In this document: positions 1 through 9,596 of the stretch, piece after piece
Numbering within the stretch: position 1 is the stretch's first letter
How the letters are laid out: every line of letters begins with the position of its first letter
Assembly (NCBI RefSeq): GCF_002287175.1
Contig: NZ_LMVM01000023.1
Location: forward strand, 149,921-181,920
Origin: Methanobacterium bryantii
GTDB taxonomy: Archaea > Methanobacteriota > Methanobacteria > Methanobacteriales > Methanobacteriaceae
DNA: 32,000 nt
Direction: 5' to 3'
Translations under genes and position numbers: made by a program
The notes under the pieces: model-generated
Told to the model about the DNA's origin: nothing
Database searches by the model: none
Seen by the model: only the letters and a program-made list of their open reading frames with translations

Positions 1-339
1 ATTATCCTGCTGAGTTTTATATTCGGACTTATTGTGCCTGCATTTGAAGAGCTTTTGTTTAGGGGATACCTTTGGAACAATATGCAGAATTCTCTTAAAG
101 GGAAACATTCAGGATTAATTACATGGATTACCATTACTATTCTATTTGGATTATGGCATATTGGATACATAGATGTATTTCTAATCCATCCAAAAGAGTT
201 TGCCCTGGTACCACTGTTAATAGGTAAGATAGAAGTTGGACTAATATTAGGGGCTGTTGTAGGTTTTATACGCCTTAAGACCAACAAAGTCTATGGATCT
301 TTCTTATTCCATGGATTCTGGAATATTTTTGCACCTTAA
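1..339 (+). CDS. CPBP-family intramembrane protease (CAAX protease-like), C-terminal part; the 5' end lies outside the window
   Basis: The frame is open from base 1. It carries the motifs EELLFRGYLW, FGLWH and FHGFWN in a hydrophobic context, as expected for CPBP/Abi-type glutamic endopeptidases. Confidence 0.8.
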   Translation: MILLSFIFGLIVPAFEELLFRGYLWNNMQNSLKGKHSGLITWITITILFGLWHIGYIDVFLIHPKEFALVPLLIGKIEVGLILGAVVGFIRLKTNKVYGSFLFHGFWNIFAP

Positions 340-364
340 TAGATGAAAATTGGAGGTTTAAATT

Positions 365-1132
365 ATGAAACAGTTGAAGTTTATTTATGATATTTATGAG
401 TGGTACATATCCCGAAATCTCAAACCAGAAAACCTGCCCAAACATATAGCAATAATAATGGATGGTAATAGGAGATACACAAAAATAATGGGCAACATGG
501 AAGTTATAGACGGACATAAAAAGGGAGTGAGTACCCTTGAAAAAGTTATGGACTGGTCCATTGAACTGGGAATAGAAATTATCACTGTTTATGCATTTTC
601 CACGGAAAACTTCAAAAGGCCTCCCAAAGAAGTGGAGGGTTTAATGAAACTCTTCCAGAAAAATTTTGAAGATGTGGCGAAAAACCCTAAGATCCATAAA
701 AATGAAGTCCGAATTAAAGCAGTGGGTAATCTAAATTTACTCCCAGAATATGTCAGGGAAGCCATTAGAACTGCAGAGGAATCCACAGCCCACTACCACA
801 AAAAACATGTGAACTTTGCAATCGGTTATGACGGGCGTATGGAAATTATCGACGCTATAAAAAAGATTTCAAAGGAAGTAAAAGAGAATAAATTAGATAT
901 AAATGAAATAAACGAAGATATAGTTAATAGAAATTTGTATACCGCAGGTTTAGATGATCCCAACCTTATTATAAGGACAAGTGGGGAAGAAAGGCTCAGC
1001 GGGTTCCTATTGTGGCAATCTTCTTATTCGGAGTTATATTTCTGCGATAGTTTATGGCCAGAGCTTAGAAAAGTTGATTTTTTAAGAGCTCTCAGGTCGT
1101 ATCAAGAAAGAGAAAGGCGCTTTGGAATTTAA
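365..1132 (+). CDS. uppS: Undecaprenyl-diphosphate synthase-type cis-prenyltransferase
   Basis: Contains the signature [12 protein letters not shown], plus [29 protein letters not shown] and a C-terminal RERRFG. A GGAGG Shine-Dalgarno sequence sits at 353-357, 7 nt before the ATG. Confidence 0.9.
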   Translation: MKQLKFIYDIYEWYISRNLKPENLPKHIAIIMDGNRRYTKIMGNMEVIDGHKKGVSTLEKVMDWSIELGIEIITVYAFSTENFKRPPKEVEGLMKLFQKNFEDVAKNPKIHKNEVRIKAVGNLNLLPEYVREAIRTAEESTAHYHKKHVNFAIGYDGRMEIIDAIKKISKEVKENKLDINEINEDIVNRNLYTAGLDDPNLIIRTSGEERLSGFLLWQSSYSELYFCDSLWPELRKVDFLRALRSYQERERRFGI

Positions 1133-1161
1133 ATACACATTCAAATAAAATTGAAGTTGAT

Positions 1162-1204
1162 GAAAATCGAAGATTTTCGAACATTAAAAATCAAAGATTT
1201 TTAA
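1162..1204. repeat. Pair of short hairpins of the same family between convergent genes
   Basis: The stems are 1162-1178 GAAAATC-gaa-GATTTTC and 1184-1204 TTAAAAATC-aaa-GATTTTTAA. The second overlaps the DUF116 stop codon. Confidence 0.7.
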
Positions 1205-1908
1205 AGTATTTTACGTTTAGGGCGTTCAACAACACATGAAGCACTTTTATTTGGCAGTACCATATTTTGAGGCGTTTCAATACCTATTTTATCAAGAACT
1301 GCCCTTATATCAACTTTAGTACAGACACACCCATCTTTCAGGAGAGGGACTCCCTGACACGGGACATGGGATAAATTCATCATTGCTAAATTCAAGTCTT
1401 GATGACATGCAACACCTAAAACGCCCTTAAATTCATGGTTTTGAGCAATCTTCTTCAAAAAGGTTGATCCAGGTATTATAAACACATCGTATCCTTCATT
1501 TTCCGCTTTATTTTTTAAAACACCTATCACGCATCGATTACAGTCAGTGCAGTGAAGGCCGGTAGAGTCCAGTTTGGCCTCACATCTTGGACTTCTTAAA
1601 CAATGGGGAAGTACTAAAATCTTATCTTTGTTATCTACATCATTAAAAGCCTTTTCATTAACTTTATTTCTTACTTCAACACCCATTTGATCCACAATTT
1701 TTTCATCTAAACCAACATTTCCTGCGAACTTTTTAAATAAGCCATAAAACACGTCTATTGTAAACAGAAGCAGCTTAGGAAAAATAAGGCGTTCCTGCTT
1801 TATAAGAATCCGTCCAAGGATAAGTGCTACCGATAGCAGACTTAAAATAAAAATACCTGCAATAAACACTATCTGTCCAAAAATGGTGTAAAATTCGTAA
1901 ATTGACAT
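1201..1908 (-). CDS. DUF116-like membrane-anchored Cys-rich protein
   Basis: Has an N-terminal hydrophobic helix followed by [30 protein letters not shown] and later GVACHQDL. This pattern is recalled for the DUF116 family. Confidence 0.7.
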   Translation of the reverse strand: MSIYEFYTIFGQIVFIAGIFILSLLSVALILGRILIKQERLIFPKLLLFTIDVFYGLFKKFAGNVGLDEKIVDQMGVEVRNKVNEKAFNDVDNKDKILVLPHCLRSPRCEAKLDSTGLHCTDCNRCVIGVLKNKAENEGYDVFIIPGSTFLKKIAQNHEFKGVLGVACHQDLNLAMMNLSHVPCQGVPLLKDGCVCTKVDIRAVLDKIGIETPQNMVLPNKSASCVVERPKRKIL

Positions 1909-2001
1909 ATTGATCTAAATCTAAGTATTTTATGTTATATTAACCTAATGGTTATTAAAATTAGTTAAAAAAGAGTTATTTAGATTGATTATTCTTAATA
2001 T

Positions 2002-2487
2002 TCAAAATTTTTCAACTTTGAATTTTTTAACAGTTCCTTCAACTTCAACACCGCCTTTCGATGCTGTTATTTGTGTATCTGAAAGATCATCACATGCACA
2101 TAATATATCCTGTTCTGGATGAGTACCTGGAACTATATTACAACTTAAATTAATGTAGTTTCCTGCTGCTACAACCATCGGAAGCCTTCTGGAAGTTGGA
2201 TGATTTTCTGGAAGAACAGTAATTGGAAAATTCATTTCTCTAAGTAAATAAAGCATACTTCTTATTCCTTTTTCAGCTTTTTTACTATTTTCAAATGCAG
2301 AAACTGCAATTATATCCTCGGGTTCAAGAAAAGCAACTATCTCTTCTTTATCAGGCGTACCTATAAATATCTGCTTTTTTTCTCCAGCCTTTAATATGCC
2401 CAGTTCTCCAGATTCTCCGATTAAAAATAAAATTTCGTCTCCAGTTATTCTAATGCTTCTACGTTGTCTGACTGGCATGATGGACAT
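2002..2487 (-). CDS. Hypothetical protein (161 aa), no family recognised
   Basis: The ORF is long and clean with typical composition. It lies in an operon-like arrangement with the upstream zinc-ribbon ORF. Confidence 0.55.
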   Translation of the reverse strand: MSIMPVRQRRSIRITGDEILFLIGESGELGILKAGEKKQIFIGTPDKEEIVAFLEPEDIIAVSAFENSKKAEKGIRSMLYLLREMNFPITVLPENHPTSRRLPMVVAAGNYINLSCNIVPGTHPEQDILCACDDLSDTQITASKGGVEVEGTVKKFKVEKF

Positions 2488-2579
2488 ACTACTCTTTTTC
2501 CAATTCCTTTAAACTCGTTTCCACAATCCCGGCATCGATATCTTTTTGTTTTAAGCTTTTTCAGTTTAATATCTGCCAT
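2445..2579 (-). CDS. Small zinc-ribbon protein (44 aa), absent from the ORF track because it is under 60 aa
   Basis: Hand translation gives MADIKLKKLKTKRYRCRDCGNEFKGIGKRVVCPSCQSDNVEALE*. It has paired CxxC motifs and overlaps the start of the 2002-2487 ORF by 43 nt in another frame. Confidence 0.5.
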   Translation of the reverse strand: MADIKLKKLKTKRYRCRDCGNEFKGIGKRVVCPSCQSDNVEALE

Positions 2580-2730
2580 TGGTCCTCCAACTGTACACAT
2601 ATTATCACCAATTCTGCTTATGTAATCAGTATTATTTATTCTTTATGATGTAAATTTTAATAAAGAAGTTCAAATTAATAGTGATTTAAAAACTATTATG
2701 TCCATGATCCCCTGTTTATATGTCATATAT

Positions 2731-2935
2731 TGAAAAATCTAGGATTTTTCACATTAAAATAAAAATTTTCAATCTTTACATATTTACAAAAATATGTTCT
2801 GTGAACTGGAAAACACGAAGTGTTTGCGGTTGAAAATCTTCGATTTTAAACCGGAAAAATTTTCTATTTTTCTGTCACAAAACCTTTGGTTTTGTGAACA
2901 TGCAAACCTGAGCGTAAATAAATGTTGTTATTTAC
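2731..2935. repeat. Cluster of seven short hairpins of the same family
   Basis: Stems read directly from the sequence:
- 2731-2751 TGAAAAATC-tag-GATTTTTCA
- 2778-2797 ACATATT-tacaaa-AATATGT
- 2811-2825 AAACAC-gaa-GTGTTT
- 2833-2847 AAAATC-ttc-GATTTT
- 2854-2872 GAAAAAT-tttct-ATTTTTC
- 2876-2896 CACAAAACC-ttt-GGTTTTGTG
- 2914-2935 GTAAATAA-atgttg-TTATTTAC, which overlaps the methyltransferase stop codon. Confidence 0.75.
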
Positions 2936-3728
2936 ACTTCAGTAATCGGACAATTATCACAGGAGGTATTTCATACCAATCAAATTTATGTGAATTATCC
3001 TTACATTGAAAGACAGGTTCAGCGAATCCATTAATAACAAATCCTGCTTTAAAACACGTTTTGAACAACTGTGATAATGGTCTGTGATAATATAATTGAG
3101 GTACAGGCTGGTTTACAATTCCTATTCCTTCATGAACGCGAGGATTAATATATTCAAATAAATGAACACCCTTTCTTACACAAATTTCATTACCCGCGTC
3201 CTCTGTTTCCACAACCGTTCTCATAGAAGGAGATTGAAAACAAGGATGCATTATTGAAAATACAAATATTCCATTTATTTTAAGTAATTCATATACCATA
3301 TCCAGAAGTGGAACGACGTCAGCAATATCCATAATTGCCATATTGGACACTGCTTTATCAAATTCGCCAAAATTTTTCAATTTCATTAGTTCTTCATAGT
3401 TTGTTGCGTCAATAACTAAAAAATCTATCTTATTTAGATAATCAAAACAGCGTTTTTGTGCATTTTCAATCATTTTACTGCTATAATCAAATGCAGTCAC
3501 TTTAGCTCCAAGTTCAACTAACCTTTTTGAAAAATTTCCATTACCACAGGCTATATCCAGAACTTTATCTTCAGGACTAATAGAAAGAAGTCTTTCTGTT
3601 TCTGGCCTTATAATTTCTCTATGAAACTGATTACTGTACTCTCCCATCTTATTATCCCAAAAATCTGCGTTTTTCTCCCATCTCTTTTTGCTTTCATCAA
3701 CAGTATCTGCCCAGTTGCTCATATTCAC
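2928..3728 (-). CDS. Class I SAM-dependent methyltransferase
   Basis: Motif I is VLDIACGNGNFS, followed by an acidic post-I residue (AFDYS) and DKAVSNMAIMD. The spacing is typical of the Methyltransf_11/25 type. Confidence 0.85.
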   Translation of the reverse strand: MNMSNWADTVDESKKRWEKNADFWDNKMGEYSNQFHREIIRPETERLLSISPEDKVLDIACGNGNFSKRLVELGAKVTAFDYSSKMIENAQKRCFDYLNKIDFLVIDATNYEELMKLKNFGEFDKAVSNMAIMDIADVVPLLDMVYELLKINGIFVFSIMHPCFQSPSMRTVVETEDAGNEICVRKGVHLFEYINPRVHEGIGIVNQPVPQLYYHRPLSQLFKTCFKAGFVINGFAEPVFQCKDNSHKFDWYEIPPVIIVRLLKCK

Positions 3729-3948
3729 ATCCCCAAATAAATTATCAATAGATACACCCCATATCTATTGATAGCCTTTCCCTAACTCTTATCAAACTAC
3801 ATTATTTTATTTTCCTTAAATTTCTAGATAACCGCCAGTTATTGGTTAAAATAATATTATTGATAATATATTTATGGATCAAATTTATAGTATTAATACT
3901 AACAAAAGTTCTAATTTAATAAATTAAAATTATTTCACAATAGAAACG

Positions 3949-6096
3949 GTGAGACTATTGAAAAACCTTATTTTTCCATTTTCGGCAATTGTAGGTCAGG
4001 AAAACGTGAAAAAAGCGCTTATACTAAACGCCATAAATCCGGGGATCGGTGGGGTCCTTATCAAAGGAGATAAGGGTACCGGTAAAACTACTGCAGTAAG
4101 GGCGCTTGCAGATCTTTTACCCTCGCTTAAAGTTGTAAAAGGATGCCCATTTAACTGTGATCCTGATGATGAGGAATCTGCATGCAATACATGCAAATCA
4201 GACAATGCAGAAATTGAAGAGAAGAAAATGAGAGTAGTAGAACTTCCACTCGGTTCTACAGAAGACCGCGTAGTTGGATCAATAAACATTGAAAAAGCAT
4301 TAAAAGAAGGTACTCGGGCTTTAGAGCCAGGAATACTGGCAGAAGCCAATAGAAATATACTTTATATTGATGAAATTAACCTTCTTGACGATAATTTAGT
4401 AGATGTCCTGTTAGACGCTGCTGCATATGGAATAAATATTGTAGAAAGGGAGGGGATCTCAGTATCACATCCCTCCAGATTTATACTGGTTGGAACAATG
4501 AACCCTGCTGAAGGTGAGCTCAGACCACAGCTTTCTGATAGAATTGGCCTGCACATCATAGTGCACAGTATCATGGACATAGAAGACCGTGTTGAAATAA
4601 TGGCAAGAAGAGAAGAATTTGAAAGAGATCCCACTGCTTTTAAAAGAAAATTCAGTACATCACAAAAAGAGATACTGGATGATATCTTAAATGCTAGAGC
4701 ATTACTCAAGGATGTTAAAATTTCTCCAGAACTAATGAAAATAATAGCACATGTATGTGTTGACATGGGCGTTGATGGCCACAGGGCAGATATTGCAATA
4801 CTTAAAACATCAAAAACTATTGCTGCTTACAATAAGCATTTAAAAGTTGATTATAATGATGTCGAAGAAGCTGTGATGCTTGTACTTGGAGAAAGACTTC
4901 AAAAATCTTATGATCAAAAAAAGATTAAACAAAAGCTTGAAAAAGCAATTTCAGATACAGAAGATGAACAAAAAGAAGATGAAGATCAAACCCAAGAAGA
5001 GCAAGATAATAGTGAAGGAGATTCTGAAACTGCAGAAAATCAGGACGAAAAAGCCTCTGATGATGAAAATCAATCCCAAGAAGGGCAAAATGAAGATGAT
5101 AGTGGTTTAAAACCTGAAACTGAAGAAAATCAAGAAGAAGTCAATGATGAGGAAGATCAACCCCCTGAAGAGCATGGCAATGTAAACGTTACCCCCCATC
5201 CTACTGAGCAGCCTGAAGATCCTGAAAAAGAAAAAAAAGGAATCATTTTGAAAAGTATTGAAGAAGAAGGAACTCCTGTAGATTCTGATGACGACGAAGT
5301 CGATATTAAAAAGCTCCTTAAAATGAAAGGTAAAAAAAAGAACAGGTTGTATGGAAAACGGGTCGATTCAAAAACTCAAAAAGGGAAGTACATAAAAAGT
5401 AAAATTCCTAAAAATGTTTCAAATGATATAGCAATAGATGCAACTTTAAGGGCAGCTGCCATTAAATCAAACGGCAGCATTAATGTTAAAAATGAACATA
5501 TACGCCACAAGGTTAGAAAACATGGCGCAAAAGCATCAATAGCTCTTGTGGTAGATATAAGCGGATCTATGTTTTCACAAAGGAAAGCAAATAAGATTAA
5601 AGGTATTTTAAATCAATTGATTGAAGATATAAACCACCATAATGATAAAATAAGTGTTATTGGATTTAAAGGTCAGGAAGCTGAAGTTATAATCCCAACA
5701 ACAAGAAGAGCTTCCTCATTTAAAGAACAAGTTGATAATATACGTGTTGGAGGCACCACTCCCCTTGCAGCAGGCCTTAAAAAAGGGTTAGAGCTTCTTA
5801 AAAAGGAAAAATTTAAAGAGGAGTTCGTCCCCATGATGATTGTACTAACAGACGGCATGCCGAATGTAGGCATCAACGACAGGCCTGCAGAAGATGCCCT
5901 GAAAATTGCTGCAGACTTAAAAGAAAATGAGATACATACTATCATTGTTAATTTTGAGAGATCAGTTAAATACGGGCGAGATATGAATATGGAACTTGCA
6001 CTGGCATCTGGCGGCCGTTATTATGATTTAGAAGATATCAAAGACACAAAATGTGTTGTATCACAGATTGTTGAGCAGGAAAGATCCGTTTTATAA
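3949..6096 (+). CDS. AAA+ ATPase (Mg-chelatase ChlI/BchI-like) fused through an acidic linker to a VWA domain (ChlD/BchD-like architecture)
   Basis: Walker A is GDKGTGKT, Walker B is [10 protein letters not shown], and the sensor region is [21 protein letters not shown]-rich linker spans about 4948-5300. The C-terminal VWA domain has the MIDAS motif VVDISGSM and LTDGMPN. The start codon is GTG. Confidence 0.85.
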   Translation: MRLLKNLIFPFSAIVGQENVKKALILNAINPGIGGVLIKGDKGTGKTTAVRALADLLPSLKVVKGCPFNCDPDDEESACNTCKSDNAEIEEKKMRVVELPLGSTEDRVVGSINIEKALKEGTRALEPGILAEANRNILYIDEINLLDDNLVDVLLDAAAYGINIVEREGISVSHPSRFILVGTMNPAEGELRPQLSDRIGLHIIVHSIMDIEDRVEIMARREEFERDPTAFKRKFSTSQKEILDDILNARALLKDVKISPELMKIIAHVCVDMGVDGHRADIAILKTSKTIAAYNKHLKVDYNDVEEAVMLVLGERLQKSYDQKKIKQKLEKAISDTEDEQKEDEDQTQEEQDNSEGDSETAENQDEKASDDENQSQEGQNEDDSGLKPETEENQEEVNDEEDQPPEEHGNVNVTPHPTEQPEDPEKEKKGIILKSIEEEGTPVDSDDDEVDIKKLLKMKGKKKNRLYGKRVDSKTQKGKYIKSKIPKNVSNDIAIDATLRAAAIKSNGSINVKNEHIRHKVRKHGAKASIALVVDISGSMFSQRKANKIKGILNQLIEDINHHNDKISVIGFKGQEAEVIIPTTRRASSFKEQVDNIRVGGTTPLAAGLKKGLELLKKEKFKEEFVPMMIVLTDGMPNVGINDRPAEDALKIAADLKENEIHTIIVNFERSVKYGRDMNMELALASGGRYYDLEDIKDTKCVVSQIVEQERSVL

Positions 6097-6174
6097 ATGT
6101 ACAACTGTAAAGAACTTATATAGACATCATAGATACAGCATCTGCGTTATAATGCCAGTTTATTCATTTTTAAC

Positions 6175-6489
6175 TTATTTTCCTTTGAAAGTGTAATTTT
6201 CAAGGGTTCCAGCCATTCCATTTCTGCTCCACCTCCAGTTCACATCTATGCGCAATGGAAATATAATCATATAGCCTGTTTTCTTTTATTCTACTTACCA
6301 TTCCCGACATTTTACATATCTCATCATACACGAGGAAAAGTATTTTACTTCCTTTACTCCAGCCGCCAACATAATGTGAATCTGGAATGAACACATCCGT
6401 CCATTTTTCATAAGTATCCTATCGAGCATGGTCTTCCAAACCTTTTCTTTTGGTGCATCTATGACAATTGAAAAATGCATTTTCTCCAT
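6175..6489 (-). pseudogene. Decayed SRPBCC/AHSA1-like paralogue with two frame changes and C-terminal truncation
   Basis: The N-terminus MEKMHFSIVIDAPKEKVWKTMLD runs in one frame. The sequence continues as DTYEKWTDVFIPDSHYVGGWSKGSKILFL...MVSRIKENRLYDYISIAH in a second frame. It then returns to the first frame as GTLENYTFKGK*. The track splits this into ORFs 6295-6489 and 6200-6394. Confidence 0.6.
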
Positions 6490-6518
6490 TATTTTTCCTC
6501 CATTTAAATATCCAAATT

Positions 6519-7049
6519 CTATTTTTGCATCTTTTCCAACAGCTCATCAAGGCGATTATACGAATCATTAACTCCTTCTTCCATTCCAGACTGGAGCATT
6601 CCATCACGATCTTCAATTGTCAGAAAGACAGATTGAGATGTCATCTTTGTTCTGCCGCCAGTTAACGTCTCAAATATAGTCTTTTCAAGGATAACATGAC
6701 CAGTTTCTGGAAGTCCTTCAAATTCAAATGTGCCAATGATTCTTTCTGGAGCTTTAACTTCATGATTTACTCCATGAAATGCAAATTCATTCCCTTCAGG
6801 ATCCTTTTGAATATATCGCCAGGACCCTCCGTTTTTCGATTCAAATATTTCAAGATTAGTTTCAAGTTCCCTTGGCCCAATCCACTGCACATAAAGATCT
6901 GGATCTGTGTATGCTTTAAAAACAAGTTCCCGCGGCGCATTAAACTCCATTATAATAAAAATTTCCTGTTTTCCAGGTTCTGCAGTAATTTTTGTTTTAT
7001 TATTCGCCATTTTTTCAGCTCTTATACCAATTCCTTTCTCATTTAACAT
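6519..7049 (-). CDS. SRPBCC-superfamily protein (Aha1/AHSA1-like domain)
   Basis: Contains [55 protein letters not shown] and a C-terminal [17 protein letters not shown]. The true start may be the internal MANNK. Confidence 0.8.
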   Translation of the reverse strand: MLNEKGIGIRAEKMANNKTKITAEPGKQEIFIIMEFNAPRELVFKAYTDPDLYVQWIGPRELETNLEIFESKNGGSWRYIQKDPEGNEFAFHGVNHEVKAPERIIGTFEFEGLPETGHVILEKTIFETLTGGRTKMTSQSVFLTIEDRDGMLQSGMEEGVNDSYNRLDELLEKMQK

Positions 7050-7056
7050 TCCAATT

Positions 7057-7590
7057 TTAACTTTTCGCCAGAAGTTCGGCGAGTTTATCTAATGATTCAT
7101 TCCAGCCCTGCTGCATATCATTTAATTCAGTCTCACTGAGCCCTTTAATATCCGAATGTTTCACAATTAGCTTAGTTTTGTTATCTTGTTCTTCAAATGT
7201 TACTGTGATCGACATTTCCCGTGGAAAATCTGCACCCATTCCATAATACGTCGCTGAAACAGTGTTGCCTTCCTTATCTGCGAAAGAATCAGTCATTACC
7301 AGCCGTTCCGGTTCGACTATCTCCAGGTAAACCCCCTTACTGCAGAAATCTTGCCCGTCAGGTGCCCTCATGCAGCTGAAGTATTCACCTCCCTTTCGGA
7401 GATCTATCTTAGAGATAGGTGTTGTAAAGTCTTTTGGCCCCCACCACTGCATGAACATGTCAGGATCCGTCCATGCTTTCCATACAACTTCACGCGGCGC
7501 ATCTAAATCACATGTGAGAACTAATTCTTTTTCATCTGCCATTTGTTTCAACTCCTTTTTTTGCTCGCTATCTACAAACTTAATAATCAA
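7057..7590 (-). CDS. SRPBCC-superfamily protein (Aha1/AHSA1-like domain), paralogue of 6519-7049
   Basis: Contains [53 protein letters not shown] and [13 protein letters not shown]. The start may be the internal MADEKEL. Confidence 0.8.
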   Translation of the reverse strand: MIIKFVDSEQKKELKQMADEKELVLTCDLDAPREVVWKAWTDPDMFMQWWGPKDFTTPISKIDLRKGGEYFSCMRAPDGQDFCSKGVYLEIVEPERLVMTDSFADKEGNTVSATYYGMGADFPREMSITVTFEEQDNKTKLIVKHSDIKGLSETELNDMQQGWNESLDKLAELLAKS

Positions 7591-7785
7591 TTAAAGTCAT
7601 ATAGTAATAATAAGTACTTCAAAAATTATAAACTTATCTTAAATCAAAATTAGACCATTTATTTAGAGAATTAATTAATGGTAAATTTAATATAACAAAA
7701 AATCATAACTAGTAATGTCTTTTGTTTTTGAATTCAAACTGAAAAAATAATAATGGCTCTAAGCTAAAATAATATTAAATGTGTT

Positions 7786-8298
7786 TTGAAAATGAAAATC
7801 GTTGTTTATCATGCAGAAGAGTGCGACAGGAAAAAATGTACTACAGTTAAACTTGGAAAACAGGGAAAAGTTAAAGTAGTCACAAAATTAAATCAATTAC
7901 CTACCGGTGCAATTGTTTTAGATCCTTACTCCCCAAAATCATTATCTGTTGAAGACAGGGAGACAGTGATGGAAAAAGGGCTTGTAGGACTTGATTGCTC
8001 CTGGAAAAGGTTAAATAAAGTTCCTTATAGAATAAAAACAGGTAAAAACAGCAGATCACTGCCTTTCATGATTGCTGCAAATCCCACCAATTATGGAAAG
8101 CCATGTATATTATCTACTGCTGAAGCAATTGCAGCAAGTTTTTATATAATTGGATTTAAAGATATAGCTACCGATATTATGTCGGGGTTCAAGTGGGGAC
8201 CGCATTTTCTAACGCTCAATGAAGAGCTTTTAGAAAGTTATTCTAAAGCTAAAAGCAGTTTAGAAGTTGTAGAAATTCAAAATGAATATATAAGTTAA
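7786..8298 (+). CDS. tsr3: Tsr3-type 16S rRNA aminocarboxypropyltransferase (DUF367)
   Basis: Contains ECDRKKCTTVKL, LDCSW, RSLPFMIAANPTNYGKPCILSTAEAIAASFYI and FKWGPHFLTLNEELLESY. The likely real start is the ATG at 7792. Confidence 0.85.
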   Translation: MKMKIVVYHAEECDRKKCTTVKLGKQGKVKVVTKLNQLPTGAIVLDPYSPKSLSVEDRETVMEKGLVGLDCSWKRLNKVPYRIKTGKNSRSLPFMIAANPTNYGKPCILSTAEAIAASFYIIGFKDIATDIMSGFKWGPHFLTLNEELLESYSKAKSSLEVVEIQNEYIS

Positions 8299-8305
8299 AA
8301 ATATA

Positions 8306-8313
8306 TTTATATA
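8306..8313 (+). promoter_or_regulatory. Candidate archaeal TATA box for the L40e gene
   Basis: TTTATATA lies about 80 nt upstream of the ATG, in the intergenic gap after tsr3. This rests on position and sequence only. Confidence 0.3.
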
Positions 8314-8391
8314 AAGAATTGACTAAAAGACGAGTATAATCAAGAACTCAATTTTAAACTGTGTTAAAACAGATGATAAAGGAGGCTAATA

Positions 8392-8538
8392 ATGGCTAGA
8401 TTTGAAGAAGCAGAAAATAGAATATTCAATATCAAAATATGCTTAAAATGTAACGCAAGAAACCCACCAACTGCAAAAGTATGCAGGAAGTGCGGATACA
8501 AAGGTCTAAGACCAAAAGCTAAAGAACCAAGGGGATAA
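8392..8538 (+). CDS. rpl40e: Ribosomal protein L40e (48 aa), absent from the ORF track because it is under 60 aa
   Basis: Hand translation gives [48 protein letters not shown]. It has a CxxC...CxxC zinc ribbon. A GGAGG sequence lies at 8381-8385. Confidence 0.9.
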   Translation: MARFEEAENRIFNIKICLKCNARNPPTAKVCRKCGYKGLRPKAKEPRG

Positions 8539-8561
8539 ATAAATTCCTTAAAGTTCAATTT

Positions 8562-8581
8562 GGGAGAGTATAACCTCCCAT
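8562..8581 (+). terminator. Hairpin followed by a T-rich tract, downstream of rpl40e
   Basis: The stem TGGGAG...CTCCCA (6 bp) is followed immediately by TTTATATTTA. Confidence 0.35.
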
Positions 8582-8621
8582 TTATATTTATAATATCCAT
8601 TTAACTTAATTAACTATTTTC

Positions 8622-9371
8622 TTGATGATGCTAATGAATGTCGAAAATTACATTAGAACTACACTTGAGGATCATAAATTACATTTAACACTTTTAGATC
8701 CAGAAGAGCAGAACCCTGAAGAAGCTGTCAGAATAGCTAAAGAAGCAATTGCAGGAGGCAGTGATGGCATAATGCTCGGCGGATCCACAACAGAGCCTGA
8801 AGAACTCGATGCAACTGCAAAAGCGCTGCGTGAAAATGTCGACGTCCCAGTTATTCTTTTTCCAGGTAATATAAGCGGTGTAAGCAAACATGCAGATGCC
8901 ATATTTTTTATGAGTCTTCTAAATTCAACGAATCCCTACTGGATAATAGGTGCTCAAGCGTTAGCAGCTCCAGGTATTAAAAAAATGGGGATGGAAATCC
9001 TTTCTATGGGTTATCTTGTTGTTGAACCGGGCGGAACTGTTGGATGGGTTGGAGATGCTAAATTAATTCCAAGGAACAAGCCAGATCTGGCAGTAGCATA
9101 TGCAATGGCTGCAGAATTCTTTGGAATGAAATTAATCTATCTTGAAGCTGGTTCTGGAGCTAATGAACATATTCCTGAACAGATGATTGCAGGGGTCAAA
9201 AAAATGACTGACATAATTGTAATTGTAGGTGGAGGAATACGCGACGGAGAAACCGCTGCAAAAATTGCAAAAGCAGGTGCAGATATTGTCGTGACTGGAA
9301 CTGTAGTTGAAAATAGTTCTAATGTTAAAGATAAAATTGAAGAGCTGGTTAGTGGAATTAAATCAGCTTAA
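8622..9371 (+). CDS. Geranylgeranylglyceryl phosphate synthase (PcrB/GGGPS family)
   Basis: Contains LHLTLLDPEEQ, GGSDGIMLGGS, VPVILFPGN, IYLEAGSGA and VGGGIRDGETA, a TIM-barrel GGGPS pattern. The true start is probably one of the ATGs at 8625-8636. Confidence 0.85.
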   Translation: MMMLMNVENYIRTTLEDHKLHLTLLDPEEQNPEEAVRIAKEAIAGGSDGIMLGGSTTEPEELDATAKALRENVDVPVILFPGNISGVSKHADAIFFMSLLNSTNPYWIIGAQALAAPGIKKMGMEILSMGYLVVEPGGTVGWVGDAKLIPRNKPDLAVAYAMAAEFFGMKLIYLEAGSGANEHIPEQMIAGVKKMTDIIVIVGGGIRDGETAAKIAKAGADIVVTGTVVENSSNVKDKIEELVSGIKSA

Positions 9372-9596
9372 AATTATTCATTTTTTATATAAATATGCTT
9401 TTTTTCATTTAATTCTTACTTTAATTTAATATTTATTGATTATCAACTATTTATATGGTTTATTATTTTTGATTATTTAAATATGTCAATATAAGAAATT
9501 ATATCATGTAAAAATCCAATATTATCTATTACTTATATTCTATTTTAAAGAGAATTTCAAATAGAAATAAATAATTTAAATAATATAATAAAAACG

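Noticed and set aside
2794-3009. A 71-aa track ORF on the plus strand
   Set aside because: It spans the hairpin cluster and then runs antisense into the methyltransferase 3' end. Its composition reflects translated inverted repeats.
3996-4766. Long antisense track ORFs (117 and 134 aa) within the AAA+ region, and similar antisense ORFs in the Mur-ligase genes (16124-16701, 17444-17752, 18964-19164 and 19430-19735)
   Set aside because: The opposite strand carries strongly motif-supported genes. These ORFs are Ser/Ile/Leu-rich shadow frames with no motifs.
4880-5110. A 76-aa Lys-rich track ORF (+) inside the AAA+/VWA gene
   Set aside because: It is an alternative-frame reading of the GAA/GAT-rich acidic linker. 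The Lys richness is the expected frame-shifted image of poly-Glu/Asp codons.
6419-6665. Overlapping 65-aa track ORFs on both strands near the end of the SRPBCC gene
   Set aside because: They lie across the SRPBCC pseudogene start and the 3' end of the intact SRPBCC gene. They have no start context or motifs and are best explained as chance ORFs.
8364-8600. A 78-aa track ORF on the minus strand
   Set aside because: It lies antisense to a perfectly recognisable L40e ribosomal protein gene (8392-8538, + strand, with a GGAGG Shine-Dalgarno sequence). It is a shadow ORF.
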